The notes: generated by a model not told the origin, from the letters alone. 64,000 nt of DNA from Patescibacteria group bacterium (GCA_016176685.1 JACOWS010000001.1:78113-142112), one strand, 5' to 3'; positions 1 through 10,090 are shown, numbered from the stretch's first letter. A program made the numbers and translations.

Positions 1-265
1 CGCCTCGCTTCGCTCGGCGACTAATTCGTATTCAACTTTGGGGGTAAAAACGAATTCACGGTTTCGCATTTTGGGGGAAGAAAATTTTTTAATCCAATAC
101 TGAAACTCAGAAAAGGCCCTAAAATAGGGGTTTTTTCTGTTTGACTTGACTTCCAAGCCCGTATATGCTATGCTGTTTGTGTCATCGGAATTCCAAAAAC
201 CCGCTGATCTCTGCCGTATGAGTGCGGCTGAGAACAGCACATTCCCAAAGGAAGGAGTAACGACC

Positions 266-421
266 ATGAACAAGAAGGGTTTCGTTCTTTTCGGCAAGGC
301 CGTGGCGCTCGTTTGCTCGATGGCTGGCCTCGTATTCACAATTACGGGGCAGTACCACGAGTCCTCGATCGCATGGAACGGTGCGGCGATAGCTCTCTGG
401 GCCGTTTCGTTCGCCGCATAG
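266..421 (+). CDS. small two-TM membrane protein (hypothetical)
   Basis: ATG at 266 preceded by GGAAGGAG RBS; translation MNKKGFVLFGKAVALVCSMAGLVFTITG... has two hydrophobic helices. Confidence 0.3.
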   Translation: MNKKGFVLFGKAVALVCSMAGLVFTITGQYHESSIAWNGAAIALWAVSFAA

Positions 422-869
422 CCTGCGCTTCGCCTCGACCTCATCGCCGCGCTATTCTCCGGAGTAGCGCGGCTTTCTATTTTTATTGAAAAATTATTTG
501 ATTTCATATAAGATTCGGCTGGTATTCGCTTCGAGAATTTTTGGATTGAATGCCGCCAAAGAAAAACTTGAAATTGTCAGCGGTGCGGCTCCCCGCCTGC
601 GCCGAGGCTTCGGCGGGCAGGCGCCGCCTTTCCGAATTTTCGCGGGCCTTCGCCTCGCCGAAGCGGCTTCGGCCACGCAGGCGGGGGATTTTTTCGGAAA
701 AATGCGTTCGGACTAATTCAAGAATACTGCACCAGTTTGCCAGGGTGGCACATTTTCCAGTCTTAACCAGTCTCGCCCGCATTGTCGGTTTGAGCGGGCT
801 CAAGCGAGCTTGCGCATGTACCACATTGTGATACAATCTGGGCATATTGGATAACCACACGAGTCTATG

Positions 870-1148
870 ATGACCAAGCAGGAAATGGTGCGCGCACGCG
901 TCGAGGCGGCGACGAAGAAGAAAGCTGAGACGATCTTGAAGCGCCTGGGCCTCAGTCACAGCGCGTTCATCAACATGAGCTACCACGCCGTGATCGAGAT
1001 GGGGGGCATTCCCTTTTCGACACGCATTCTGAATGCCGAGACAAAGGCAGCGATCGCGGAAGGCCGTCACGAGCATGAGCGCGGTACGCTCACCTCGTAC
1101 GCGTCAACAGCGAAATTGATCAAAGACGCACTGAGTGAATCTGACTGA
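870..1148 (+). CDS. dinJ: type II antitoxin, RelB/DinJ family
   Basis: VRARVEAATKKKAETILKRLGLSHSAFINMSYHAVIEMGGIPF aligns with E. coli DinJ N-terminal ribbon-helix-helix region; immediately upstream of a YafQ-like toxin. Confidence 0.8.
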   Translation: MTKQEMVRARVEAATKKKAETILKRLGLSHSAFINMSYHAVIEMGGIPFSTRILNAETKAAIAEGRHEHERGTLTSYASTAKLIKDALSESD

Positions 1149-1156
1149 CCGGCTCT

Positions 1157-1426
1157 ATGCGCCTTCGCCAGCAGACCAACAAATTCAAGAAGGACCTCAG
1201 GCGCATGGTGCGCCGGGGTGCACGGGTCGACGACCTCGCTGCCGTAATCGATATTCTTGCCGCTGATACGGCCTTGCCCAAGGCGTGCCGCCCACACAAA
1301 TTGGTAGGTGACTATGCCGATCTCTGGGAGTGCCACATCGCGCCTGACTGGCTCCTTATCTATGAATTGCCGGAGGGAGTCGTACTGCTCCATCGCACCG
1401 GTACACATGCCGACCTATTTGACTGA
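1157..1426 (+). CDS. yafQ: type II toxin, YafQ/RelE family mRNA interferase
   Basis: C-terminal HIAPDWLLIYELPEGVVLLHRTGTHADLF matches YafQ HVEPDWILIYKLTDKLLRFERTGTHAALF; 8-bp gap after the antitoxin gene. Confidence 0.8.
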   Translation: MRLRQQTNKFKKDLRRMVRRGARVDDLAAVIDILAADTALPKACRPHKLVGDYADLWECHIAPDWLLIYELPEGVVLLHRTGTHADLFD

Positions 1427-1610
1427 TAGTCACAATTTCCCCCCCCATCACGATTTTCGACCTGTGTGGTACTGTATCCCTTGATGATCTCCTTCACGAA
1501 CGACTCCAACCGAAATGTTCGATTCTTGTCCCGGGTGGGGGCACCAAGATAGCGAGAATAAATAGACGTTAAGGGGAATAAAAAATTAATCATATAATCT
1601 AAATTATTTT

Positions 1611-2021
1611 ATGGAACAAGAATCACGAATATATAAATTTTTTATGACCTTGCCTTTTTGGTGGATACTGTTAACAGCTATCTATGTTGGTCTAACATTT
1701 TCAGGCTGGTTGTATGCGGCAGCATTACTGGGTCTGTTCGTTCCTATCGGGGTGTGGGATATGCTATTCTTTAGATTCGCAATTTCAGGATACCCCGTCG
1801 GAGGAATTGGCCTATGGGACTTTGCCATTGGTTTTGTGTTAGTCTTGCTGACTATTTTTGGTGGGGAATGGCTTATTCGTAAGATCAAATTATCTCCTGC
1901 CATGAAAATTTTTGTTATTCTTGGCATACTTTTTGCGCTAACTATTGTGGTTGATTTTGTTCTCTGGGGGAACTGGCAGACGCTAGAACTTCTTAAAGTA
2001 GGTGGCGAGATAACGATATAA
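1611..2021 (+). CDS. hypothetical polytopic membrane protein
   Basis: low-GC ORF, 4 predicted TM helices, Trp-rich; first gene of the low-GC island. Confidence 0.45.
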   Translation: MEQESRIYKFFMTLPFWWILLTAIYVGLTFSGWLYAAALLGLFVPIGVWDMLFFRFAISGYPVGGIGLWDFAIGFVLVLLTIFGGEWLIRKIKLSPAMKIFVILGILFALTIVVDFVLWGNWQTLELLKVGGEITI

Positions 2022-2035
2022 TTATGCTAAATCTG

Positions 2036-2500
2036 CTATGTTTTGTTCAAATTCTCGTAATAGTTTCTTAGAGCTTCCTCTTGTATTTTATGTAAATGTA
2101 TACTCGGCCTTTTAGATGCAATTAAATCAATTGCTTCCTTTGGTTTATACCCTCTTTGTATCAAATAAGCCGATACCAATGTGGGCGCACGCCCATGACC
2201 GTTTTTGCAATGTACATAGATCTTTCTATTTTGAGATACGAGTTTTTGTATTGACTCCGCGCCGAAAGAAAGTTGGTCTTGAGTGGGAGCCATTTGATCA
2301 ACCACTGGAATCCAAACATATATATCGACGCCAAATGGAACATCGAGACGGTTTTCTTCGAGTGATATATCGGCAGTTATGTTTTCTTTCTTCAACACGT
2401 CGGCAAGACCCATGACACAACACTGATTGGTGCCGATATAGATGCCATCGGTAATGTAACTATATTCCAGTATCGGCGTTTTCGGGTGAGTATGATCCAT
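2036..2500 (-). CDS. dual-specificity / protein-tyrosine phosphatase
   Basis: VHCKNGHGRAPT = HCxxGxxR(S/T) catalytic P-loop of the Cys-based phosphatase family. Confidence 0.7.
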   Translation of the reverse strand: MDHTHPKTPILEYSYITDGIYIGTNQCCVMGLADVLKKENITADISLEENRLDVPFGVDIYVWIPVVDQMAPTQDQLSFGAESIQKLVSQNRKIYVHCKNGHGRAPTLVSAYLIQRGYKPKEAIDLIASKRPSIHLHKIQEEALRNYYENLNKT

Positions 2501-2528
2501 ACTAATATTCGATTAAACCGTTTAAATC

Positions 2529-3953
2529 TTACCCAAAAAGCCGAAATAACATGCGCAAAAGTTTTTTTGAACGCGGGTTTAATGCACGCCCTTGGTATGT
2601 TTGAGCGGCCCGCTTATTGATTCTTGCGGCGGTCGGGTACGGATAAATCTTAGCAAATAAATCGGCAAGAGACAGGTGGTGTGTCTGCGCCAATATAAGT
2701 TCCTGTATAAGTTCACCGGCATGTGGAGCAATCATCGTCCCGCCCAATATGTTCCCTTTCTTTGAAACATAAATATTTAACAGGCCATCGCGATAATCGT
2801 CTGTGATGGCGCGATCATCATGAGAGAAATGTTCTGTAACTGTTTCGTACTGGACACCGCGCTCTTTAAGCTCCTCGGTGGAAATGCCGAATGTTGCAAT
2901 TTCCGGGTCGGTGAATGTAACCCAAGACAGGTTGTCGTTAACGAGCTTCTGTTTAAACGGGGAAAACCAATTATGGATGATGGTACTGGCATGAAGTTCG
3001 GCTGCGTGCGTAAATTGATATTGTCCGGCGACATCACCGCACACGACAATATTTTTATTGGTTGTGCGCAGGTACTGGTCGACTTTCAGTTTCTGCCCGC
3101 TTTCCTCAAGTTCGATATGAGCCTTTCCCAGATCAAGGCCTTCAATAGCAAGCTGCCTGCCAATACCTACAAATAATGAGTCCACCGGAAGCGACAGTTC
3201 ACGCCCCAAAACTTCCACGACGAGCTCTCTGCCCTCTCGTATATTTTTTGCCCGAGCATGGAAAAGGATATTCATTCCTTCGCCCACCAGTCGCTTATAC
3301 AAAATATCGGTAATATCTTTATCCTCTTTTGGAAGAAATTTTTCTCCTTGTTCAAGAATGGTAACCTGTGAACCCAGGCGTTGAAACGCTTGTCCGAGCT
3401 CTATACCGATAGGGCCCCCGCCTATGACGACAAGATTTTTAGGAAGAAAATCTATGTTGAAGATATTTTCATTGTTAAAGACCCGCGTATGCTCTATTCC
3501 CGGCAATGATATAGCGCGTGGTCGCGACCCCGTTGCCAACACAATACGCTTGCCTTCATACGCCACGCCTCCGACCATAACCTTATTTTGACTAATAAAT
3601 TTAGCTTCCCCCAGAACGACCGACATACCGCTTTTCCGAAACCAATCGGCATTTTCATGCTCGCGGATGATATCCTGCCTACTTTTCACATACGCCATAA
3701 CCGCCCGCATGTCCACCGTACCGGTATGGGTAATCCCAAATTTTTTAATGGTATGTCCCGCATGTACCGCGCGAGCGACATGAATAAGCGCTTTGCTTGG
3801 TACACAACCAAAATTCAAACAATCGCCGCCGATGCTCTTATCACTTTTATCAATGAGCAGGGTTGACAATCCTATGCGGTTTGCAAAAGCGGCGATATTC
3901 AACCCTCCGGAACCGGCGCCGATGACCATAACATCAAATATTTTATTTTTCAT
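2529..3953 (-). CDS. FAD-dependent pyridine nucleotide-disulfide oxidoreductase (Lpd/MerA-like, no C-terminal Cys pair)
   Basis: N-terminal VMVIGAGSGG FAD fold; redox-active GGDCLNFGCVPSK disulfide; second NAD(P) Rossmann VVIGGGPIGIELG. Confidence 0.8.
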   Translation of the reverse strand: MKNKIFDVMVIGAGSGGLNIAAFANRIGLSTLLIDKSDKSIGGDCLNFGCVPSKALIHVARAVHAGHTIKKFGITHTGTVDMRAVMAYVKSRQDIIREHENADWFRKSGMSVVLGEAKFISQNKVMVGGVAYEGKRIVLATGSRPRAISLPGIEHTRVFNNENIFNIDFLPKNLVVIGGGPIGIELGQAFQRLGSQVTILEQGEKFLPKEDKDITDILYKRLVGEGMNILFHARAKNIREGRELVVEVLGRELSLPVDSLFVGIGRQLAIEGLDLGKAHIELEESGQKLKVDQYLRTTNKNIVVCGDVAGQYQFTHAAELHASTIIHNWFSPFKQKLVNDNLSWVTFTDPEIATFGISTEELKERGVQYETVTEHFSHDDRAITDDYRDGLLNIYVSKKGNILGGTMIAPHAGELIQELILAQTHHLSLADLFAKIYPYPTAARINKRAAQTYQGRALNPRSKKLLRMLFRLFG

Positions 3954-3957
3954 GTTT

Positions 3958-4620
3958 TTACCTTGATGCTATCCTCGTACTTACATACCAGCTTATAAAA
4001 ATTACGGCTGCGGCAAGAAAAACCAGCGGTTGCAACCACACAGGCAGTGTTCCCGCGTACGCAAATACAAAGGCAAATGGCGTGACCCCGATTACCGTAG
4101 CAAAAAAATATGAACGACTCCCTATATTAGAAAAAAGGCCAATGGCATATGACAATATATCAACCGGTATGAGCATCCTAAGAAAAACAATCGTCCAAAA
4201 CATGTTTTGTGTTGAGAATCGTTCCTCAAATCTGTTTAGCTTATCAATGGAAACAAGTTTTTCCACCAGTGGTTTGCCAAAATATCGCGCAATATGAAGA
4301 GCTATTTGAGCGCCGATTGACCAGCCGATAATAGAAAGTATGGCGGCCGCAACCCACCCCCATAGACCAGCGGCCACGGGGATAAGCGGGATGGTTGAAA
4401 TTGGCGCGACCACTACCGCAAGTATGGTGATAAAAACATAGGCTGCCATGCCAAATGCCCCGCCGCGTTCCGCAAGCATGTTTATTTCACTCGCATATAT
4501 TGTTGCCATAAATGATAAAAAAACAAAAAGGGCGAGCACGAGCGCCAGGCTAAATACTGATGCAACGGCATTTTTATTAAAAATATGATTGGCGCTTTTC
4601 TCCATATATTTATTCAACAA
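3958..4620 (-). CDS. DedA/TVP38-TMEM64 family membrane protein
   Basis: polytopic membrane protein with the DedA-like core FLRMLIPVDILSYAIG. Confidence 0.5.
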   Translation of the reverse strand: MLNKYMEKSANHIFNKNAVASVFSLALVLALFVFLSFMATIYASEINMLAERGGAFGMAAYVFITILAVVVAPISTIPLIPVAAGLWGWVAAAILSIIGWSIGAQIALHIARYFGKPLVEKLVSIDKLNRFEERFSTQNMFWTIVFLRMLIPVDILSYAIGLFSNIGSRSYFFATVIGVTPFAFVFAYAGTLPVWLQPLVFLAAAVIFISWYVSTRIASR

Positions 4621-5545
4621 TCACATCTATTTTGCTTCCAAAAACTTTTGAAGCTTTTTCCGTATAGAGCGCTATATTATCTTTAAAATACGGCGGGTGC
4701 TGTTTTTGAATTTGTGCGACAATATAATAACCAATGGCCATCATAGCGGCGTACCCGGCATCTTTTGGAAGCGGTATAGAAAGTCTCCTATCTGGCTCGC
4801 CCCACATAGTATTTTCCTCGCCAAAGCTCACAAAAAGCTCGTTCGAAGGCACTACGGTTACCGCATGTTTCATATATTCGCTGGTTTCCACATCGCGAGC
4901 AATCTTTCTTCCGAAAAGCTCAATGAACTTTACTTCAAGCATTCGTACAATACCTGAAAACCTTGGAGGAACGATGAAAAAATAGGAATCATACTGCGAA
5001 AAGTCTGGGAAGATAATGGTGTCTATCTGTTCTTTAATAAATTCCTGTATTTTCTCCGGGTCTTCGTTCGTTTTCCCTAAAATCATTCCCAAATAGGTAG
5101 AGGTATTATAGGTATACGGCTCGCGATTTTTTGGAAATATAAATATATCGCCAGACTCGACAAATTCTTTTACGGGCGCATCAGAATTGTTGGTAATGAG
5201 AGTAACTTTCTTGCCGAGCTCTTTCGCCCGCTTTGCTATAATCGGCGCGTGTTTCCCGCCGGACGCGGAGATAAGAATTACACCGTCAATATCGGGGATG
5301 TACTTTAGTTTACTTTCAAAATTACTCTCTGAAGCGAAGACTGCGTCTGTGTCTTCAAAAATAATTCTCCCGGTTGCTTCAGCATTACCAGACCCGACCA
5401 CGAGCGGGCGTTTATACTTTAAAATATCTAATTTCGGCAATGCTTGTTTTTGAAAAAGTTCAAGTGCGCCCAAGACCGCCACATCCAAGTCGGGAATGGT
5501 GTTTAAAGTAAATGTATTAAGAATATCAATGTTTTTATGATTCAT
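4610..5545 (-). CDS. SIS-domain-like protein, possibly phosphoglucose/phosphomannose isomerase type (uncertain)
   Basis: two Gly/Ser-rich nucleotide/sugar-phosphate binding-like segments (PLVVGSGNAEATGRI, GVILISASGGKHAPII); co-directional and immediately downstream of zwf-gnd. Confidence 0.3.
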   Translation of the reverse strand: MNHKNIDILNTFTLNTIPDLDVAVLGALELFQKQALPKLDILKYKRPLVVGSGNAEATGRIIFEDTDAVFASESNFESKLKYIPDIDGVILISASGGKHAPIIAKRAKELGKKVTLITNNSDAPVKEFVESGDIFIFPKNREPYTYNTSTYLGMILGKTNEDPEKIQEFIKEQIDTIIFPDFSQYDSYFFIVPPRFSGIVRMLEVKFIELFGRKIARDVETSEYMKHAVTVVPSNELFVSFGEENTMWGEPDRRLSIPLPKDAGYAAMMAIGYYIVAQIQKQHPPYFKDNIALYTEKASKVFGSKIDVIVE

Positions 5546-5556
5546 AATTTTAAGTA

Positions 5557-7956
5557 CTATATTTTATGTCCGCCAAAAACAGCGCGAAGCATGGAAAGAA
5601 TTTTTCCCGTAAATGTCGGGTTCTTTTTTGAGCGTACACGGAAGAGATACGAATCTTTTATGACAGGAGCAGAAACGTCGAGCTCTTTTGCAGTCTGTAC
5701 CGTCCATTCTCCCTCGCCGGTATGAGCCACGGTACTGGATGCTTTTTTCAAGTCATCGCCATACTCTTTAAACCCCTCTTCCAGCCACCCGGTAAGTCGT
5801 GAGGTAATAATGCTGTTTTGATTGTACACATTGGCAACCTCTCGCAGACGAAACTTAAACGGCGCTTTTTGAAGTATTGCAAACCCTTCCGAGAGCGCCT
5901 GCATCATCCCATACTCAATGCCGTTATGAACCATTTTTGCGAAGTGTCCCGCTCCAGCCGCTCCCATATGTCCAGAAGTCGTATCAGACATCGCGTCAAA
6001 AATTGATTTACTGTTCTCATATATTTTTTTATCTCCCCCCACCATAATGGCAAATTTTCCAAGGGCGATAGAGACTGGTCCGCCGGAGACGCCCACATCG
6101 AGAAAATGGATTCCTTTTGCTTTCAATCGCTTTCCTCGACGAACAGAGTCTTTATAGAAAGAATTACCACCGTCAATTACGGTGTCGTCTCTTTTGAGTA
6201 ATTGTGAAAGGCCATTTTGCTTCATCCCGGGCGAAGTCGATTGACCAAAGAGTATCTCGTCCACCGGTTTCCCGGCCGGGACCATAAGCCATATGGTTCG
6301 CGGAGGGGAAAGTTTTTCCACAAATTCCGAAAGAGAATATGCGCCGACCACGCCTTCTTTCTCAAGCTCTTTTGTGGCTTCAGGCGGCGTGTTGAATCCA
6401 ACAACCCTCCATTTTTTTATACTTAGGCGTCTTGCAAGATTGGCACCCATTTTCCCTAAACCGATAATGCCAATCTCTCCGATGTGGTTGCCTACTTCTT
6501 TATCTGCACTGTCTGACAATTCTCTCGTGAAAGACGGGCCGGGGGTACTGTCGGGTTTATATTCGGTCAAAGGCACGAGATTTTGCCTCCATCCCTCTAC
6601 TACCGGATCGGTAAATTTCCAAGATACCAGCACCTCATCGGAAGAGATAAACAAGGTTTGGTCACCTCCCATGGCAGTATTGATAATTTTTGAATACTCT
6701 TCTATATACTGAACTTTTGTCTCTTTTTCATACAAAAAGAAAGAGAAAACGCGTTCTTCTATGGCTTTTTCAAAACCTGGTTTTTTTGTCCAAAAATGTA
6801 TGATGACTTCATCGTTTGGTTCAAGACGAAACACAATTCTGTTTGGAGCATGCGGCCTTTGTGCACACAGAAGACATATTTTTGGGTGCCTAAGCGTCAA
6901 TACTATTTCTTTACGGGCTTCTCCCATGCGCTTCCCAGCTTCCATATATATGGGAATCCCGCTCCAACGAGGATGCAGGAGCTCTGTTTTTAGAGCGAAG
7001 TATGTTTCCGTCTCCGAATTTTGAGCTACCCCCTTTATATCTTTGTAGTTACGGTACTGTGATCTGAAAGTTTCTTTCCGCAGGGTTTCCTCTGTCCACG
7101 GTTTAAGCGTTTCCAAAATAGTTGCTCTGTTTTTCCGTATCCCGCCAGCATTCATATCGGCAGGGTACTCCATAGTAATCGCGGCCAGCATGGTAAGAAT
7201 ATGGTTTTGTCCGACATCACGAAGCGCTCCGACTGAATCATAAAAACCTCCTCTGTCTTCTACCCCAATAGATTCAAGCAGGCGGATATCAATCCGCTCA
7301 ATCATGGTGTTGTCCCAAGCATTCTCAAAAAGATTATTTGAGAAACGAAAGTTTTCTATTCCCTGAATAATTTCCTTGTATAAGTAATGGTCGATTCTAT
7401 ACATTTGCTCTTCTTTGAAATAAGTGGAGAGGAGCGATTGCAGTTTTTTGGCGCTTGACAGATCCGTCCCGAATGGTTTTTCAATCAAAATACGGCTCCA
7501 CCCCATATCTCCTCCGCAGGGCAAGTTAAGTTTTGCTAGAGCGAGATTTTTGAAGATTCGCTCATACGAAGACGGCGGTACGGCAAGATAAAAAAGTTTA
7601 TTGGCGCATATACCCCAACCGTTTTCTATCTCTGCAATGCGGTCTGATAAAGATTGAAACGCTCCCACGTCCTCGAATGTTCCTGCGTGATAGGTGAAGA
7701 GTTCAAAGAAACGGTCAATCTTTTTATCTTCTATTTTTGAATCTGCATGTTTTTTTACCGCTTGGAGAATCAGATTTTTAAACTCTTTATCCGAAAACTC
7801 TCTTCGTGAAAACCCTATGACAGACAAGCGTTCCGGCAAGCGACCATGCTGAAATAGGTGCCAAAGGGACGGTATAATCTTTTTGGCGGCCAAATCTCCC
7901 GTTACACCAAAAATAGTGAAGATGGAAGGCGTATTTTTTATGTTTTCACTACTCAT
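5557..7956 (-). CDS. zwf: fused glucose-6-phosphate dehydrogenase / 6-phosphogluconate dehydrogenase (Zwf-Gnd)
   Basis: N-terminal half has G6PD signatures (FGVTGDLAAKKIIPSL NADP site; EKPFGTDL; C-terminal YKPDSTPGP). C-terminal about 300 aa is a short-type 6PGDH (IGIIGLGKMGANLARRL Rossmann, GHFAKMVHNGIEYGMMQ). Start taken at MSSENIK (7956). Confidence 0.8.
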   Translation of the reverse strand: MSSENIKNTPSIFTIFGVTGDLAAKKIIPSLWHLFQHGRLPERLSVIGFSRREFSDKEFKNLILQAVKKHADSKIEDKKIDRFFELFTYHAGTFEDVGAFQSLSDRIAEIENGWGICANKLFYLAVPPSSYERIFKNLALAKLNLPCGGDMGWSRILIEKPFGTDLSSAKKLQSLLSTYFKEEQMYRIDHYLYKEIIQGIENFRFSNNLFENAWDNTMIERIDIRLLESIGVEDRGGFYDSVGALRDVGQNHILTMLAAITMEYPADMNAGGIRKNRATILETLKPWTEETLRKETFRSQYRNYKDIKGVAQNSETETYFALKTELLHPRWSGIPIYMEAGKRMGEARKEIVLTLRHPKICLLCAQRPHAPNRIVFRLEPNDEVIIHFWTKKPGFEKAIEERVFSFFLYEKETKVQYIEEYSKIINTAMGGDQTLFISSDEVLVSWKFTDPVVEGWRQNLVPLTEYKPDSTPGPSFTRELSDSADKEVGNHIGEIGIIGLGKMGANLARRLSIKKWRVVGFNTPPEATKELEKEGVVGAYSLSEFVEKLSPPRTIWLMVPAGKPVDEILFGQSTSPGMKQNGLSQLLKRDDTVIDGGNSFYKDSVRRGKRLKAKGIHFLDVGVSGGPVSIALGKFAIMVGGDKKIYENSKSIFDAMSDTTSGHMGAAGAGHFAKMVHNGIEYGMMQALSEGFAILQKAPFKFRLREVANVYNQNSIITSRLTGWLEEGFKEYGDDLKKASSTVAHTGEGEWTVQTAKELDVSAPVIKDSYLFRVRSKKNPTFTGKILSMLRAVFGGHKI

Positions 7957-7972
7957 TGTCTTTATGTTGCCA

Positions 7973-8188
7973 TTATGCAAGCAACCCCATAACCTGAAAG
8001 ATATACCCGACAATGATTAACATGATACCCGCAATCCCCATGATTCGCTCCGTCCCCATTTCTTTTACGACACGAGAATCAATCGCGTGCTCTTTACGCG
8101 CACGATCGTGCACCTGAAGAACGGTATAGGCAATCAGAACGGTTCCGATGACATCAAGAGTAATTCCGATAATTAAGAAGGCTGTCAT
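7973..8188 (-). CDS. small membrane protein (hypothetical)
   Basis: 71-aa ORF with two TM helices, co-directional in island operon. Confidence 0.35.
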   Translation of the reverse strand: MTAFLIIGITLDVIGTVLIAYTVLQVHDRARKEHAIDSRVVKEMGTERIMGIAGIMLIIVGYIFQVMGLLA

Positions 8189-8613
8189 ACAAATATTTTT
8201 TTAGTAAGATACATTGAAAGAGGCAGTAAGAAAGTCATTTGAAGAATCGGGGTAAGGCCGACCTTTAGATACGGAATAATCGGCATACCCTCCGCATAAG
8301 CCCATCGCTCGAACAGCAAGGCGCGCCATTCAATCCCTACGGCTATTAAGAATCCAATGACGGCAAAAACGGCAAAATCTTTTTTGTTTAGCGTAGAAAT
8401 CCAATTACGGTCATTTTTTAATAACGCGACAATAAAATAAACAAATAAGGTAACGGCGACATCGCCTATGGTGCCAACTACACATATCGGGAAATGCAAA
8501 GAAAAAGATGCATACCCTTGGTACAAAGGCGCTTGCATATTCTCCCAGACGACATGCAGAACAAACGCAATAAGAGATAAAAAAATAATTTGTTTTCCTA
8601 CTTTCATATACAA
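8185..8613 (-). CDS. membrane protein (hypothetical)
   Basis: 142 aa, 4 TM helices, immediately downstream of merA-like gene, 4-nt overlap. Confidence 0.45.
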   Translation of the reverse strand: MYMKVGKQIIFLSLIAFVLHVVWENMQAPLYQGYASFSLHFPICVVGTIGDVAVTLFVYFIVALLKNDRNWISTLNKKDFAVFAVIGFLIAVGIEWRALLFERWAYAEGMPIIPYLKVGLTPILQMTFLLPLSMYLTKKIFV

Positions 8614-10031
8614 CAGCTTAGTTTAGAAATATCTTTCGTAAATGAAAGTGCGACAATCTTTATCGCCTCCGATAGAGTAGGAAACATCGGGAGCGAATTG
8701 ACCACATCGTCAATCGTATTTTTGTTTTTTATGAGCATCATCGCCTCGGCAATCAGCTCGCTCGCATTTGGAGCGAGAATATGAACGCCTAAGATTTGTT
8801 TTGTGTGCGGATGGATCGCCATTTTTATCATTCCCTCGGTGCGATGAGTAATGATCGCTTTCGGTACATCGGCAAGCGAAACGGTGCGGCAGGCGCACAC
8901 CCCCATTTGCTTCATCTGCTCGTCCTCGGTGAAGCCGACACCGGCGAGTTGTGGGTCGGTAAAAATAGCGTAAGGGACAGTGTGATAGTCAATAAACAAT
9001 TGCGCGTCTTTGAGGGCGTTTTCAGCGGCGAGCGTGCCCTCGCGTCCGGCGGTTGACTCCAGCCGCAAGGGTCCGCTCGTAACATCGCCGACCGCAAAAA
9101 TATTTTTGTTGGAAGTTTGAAAATTTTGATTAACGATAACCGCCTGCCGCTTATCTACTTCAACGCCGGCCAAATCAAGTCCCAGTCCTTGCGTGTTGGG
9201 TGTTTTGCCCGCCGCCAAAAGTATTTCATCTCCCGATACTTCTTCCGATTTTCCATTTACGAGATACGAGATTATCTTTTTATCGTTTTCTTTTCGCGCG
9301 CTTTTCACCTCGACATTGGTCTTGATGGTAATTCCTTCTTTTGACAACACTTCGGCGAGTCGGTCGGTGAGCGTTTTTTCAGAGTGCGGAAAAATTGAAT
9401 CGCCGCGTTGTAAAATAGTTACCTTTGTGCCAAAACGGCTGAACATTTGGGCAAATTCCAAGCCAAGCGGGCCCGCGCCGATGATAACCAATTCTTTCGG
9501 CTGACGCGGAAGGCGCAGTGCCTCAATATGCGAGACAAATCCTACTTCTTTAATTCCTTCAATCTCCGGAACATTGGCGGTCGAGCCGGCAGCGATAATA
9601 AATTTTTCCGCGCTCAACTTTTCGCCGGCTTGCCCCGAGCTTGTCGAGCGGGTCACTTCCACCTCGTTTTCGGAAACAAATGTTGCTTTTCCCTCAACGA
9701 GCGTTACATACTCTAGACTTTTCAGTACCTTCTCGTATTTTTCTTGACGCAATTTGTCCACAAGCGAGAGTTCATCTTGCACGACTTTTTGAAAATCAAA
9801 ACTTTTTACTTCAAGCTCAACACCGGCGACGCCGTGATGTTTGGCGTGGTGCAAAATTTCTCCGGCCCAGAGAAGCGTCTTTGACGGTACGCACCCGACA
9901 TTGACGCAAGTGCCGCCGAGCGGAAGCCCGTCATTGATGATCGCCGTTTTCGCCTTCAGTTCGTTGGCACGGATAGCGGAGGCAAATGCGCCTGCGCCGC
10001 CGCCGATGATGATTAGGTTAAATTCTTGCAT
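8604..10031 (-). CDS. merA: mercuric reductase-like flavoprotein (MerA core, no N-terminal metal-binding domain)
   Basis: IIIGGGAGAF FAD site; GGTCVNVGCVPSK redox disulfide; C-terminus ...KDISKLSCCI matches MerA C-terminal vicinal Cys pair (Tn501 ...KDVKQLSCCAG). Confidence 0.75.
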   Translation of the reverse strand: MQEFNLIIIGGGAGAFASAIRANELKAKTAIINDGLPLGGTCVNVGCVPSKTLLWAGEILHHAKHHGVAGVELEVKSFDFQKVVQDELSLVDKLRQEKYEKVLKSLEYVTLVEGKATFVSENEVEVTRSTSSGQAGEKLSAEKFIIAAGSTANVPEIEGIKEVGFVSHIEALRLPRQPKELVIIGAGPLGLEFAQMFSRFGTKVTILQRGDSIFPHSEKTLTDRLAEVLSKEGITIKTNVEVKSARKENDKKIISYLVNGKSEEVSGDEILLAAGKTPNTQGLGLDLAGVEVDKRQAVIVNQNFQTSNKNIFAVGDVTSGPLRLESTAGREGTLAAENALKDAQLFIDYHTVPYAIFTDPQLAGVGFTEDEQMKQMGVCACRTVSLADVPKAIITHRTEGMIKMAIHPHTKQILGVHILAPNASELIAEAMMLIKNKNTIDDVVNSLPMFPTLSEAIKIVALSFTKDISKLSCCI

Positions 10032-10090
10032 AAAGTTATGCGGGAAGACGCTCCTTGAGCATATCAGCAACGGCGGAAAATGTATATTGA

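Noticed and set aside
486-1076. ORFs 486..716(+), 494..676(-), 504..1076(-), 550..831(+) in the GC-rich region upstream of dinJ
   Set aside because: They mutually overlap in different frames, are Arg/Ala/Pro-rich as expected from GC-rich non-coding DNA, and span the inverted repeats. The 504..1076 minus ORF runs antisense through dinJ. Treated as spurious.
2116-2415. Plus-strand ORFs 2116..2415 and 2820..3176 opposite the phosphatase and oxidoreductase genes
   Set aside because: They are antisense to genes with clear catalytic motifs and have no motifs of their own.
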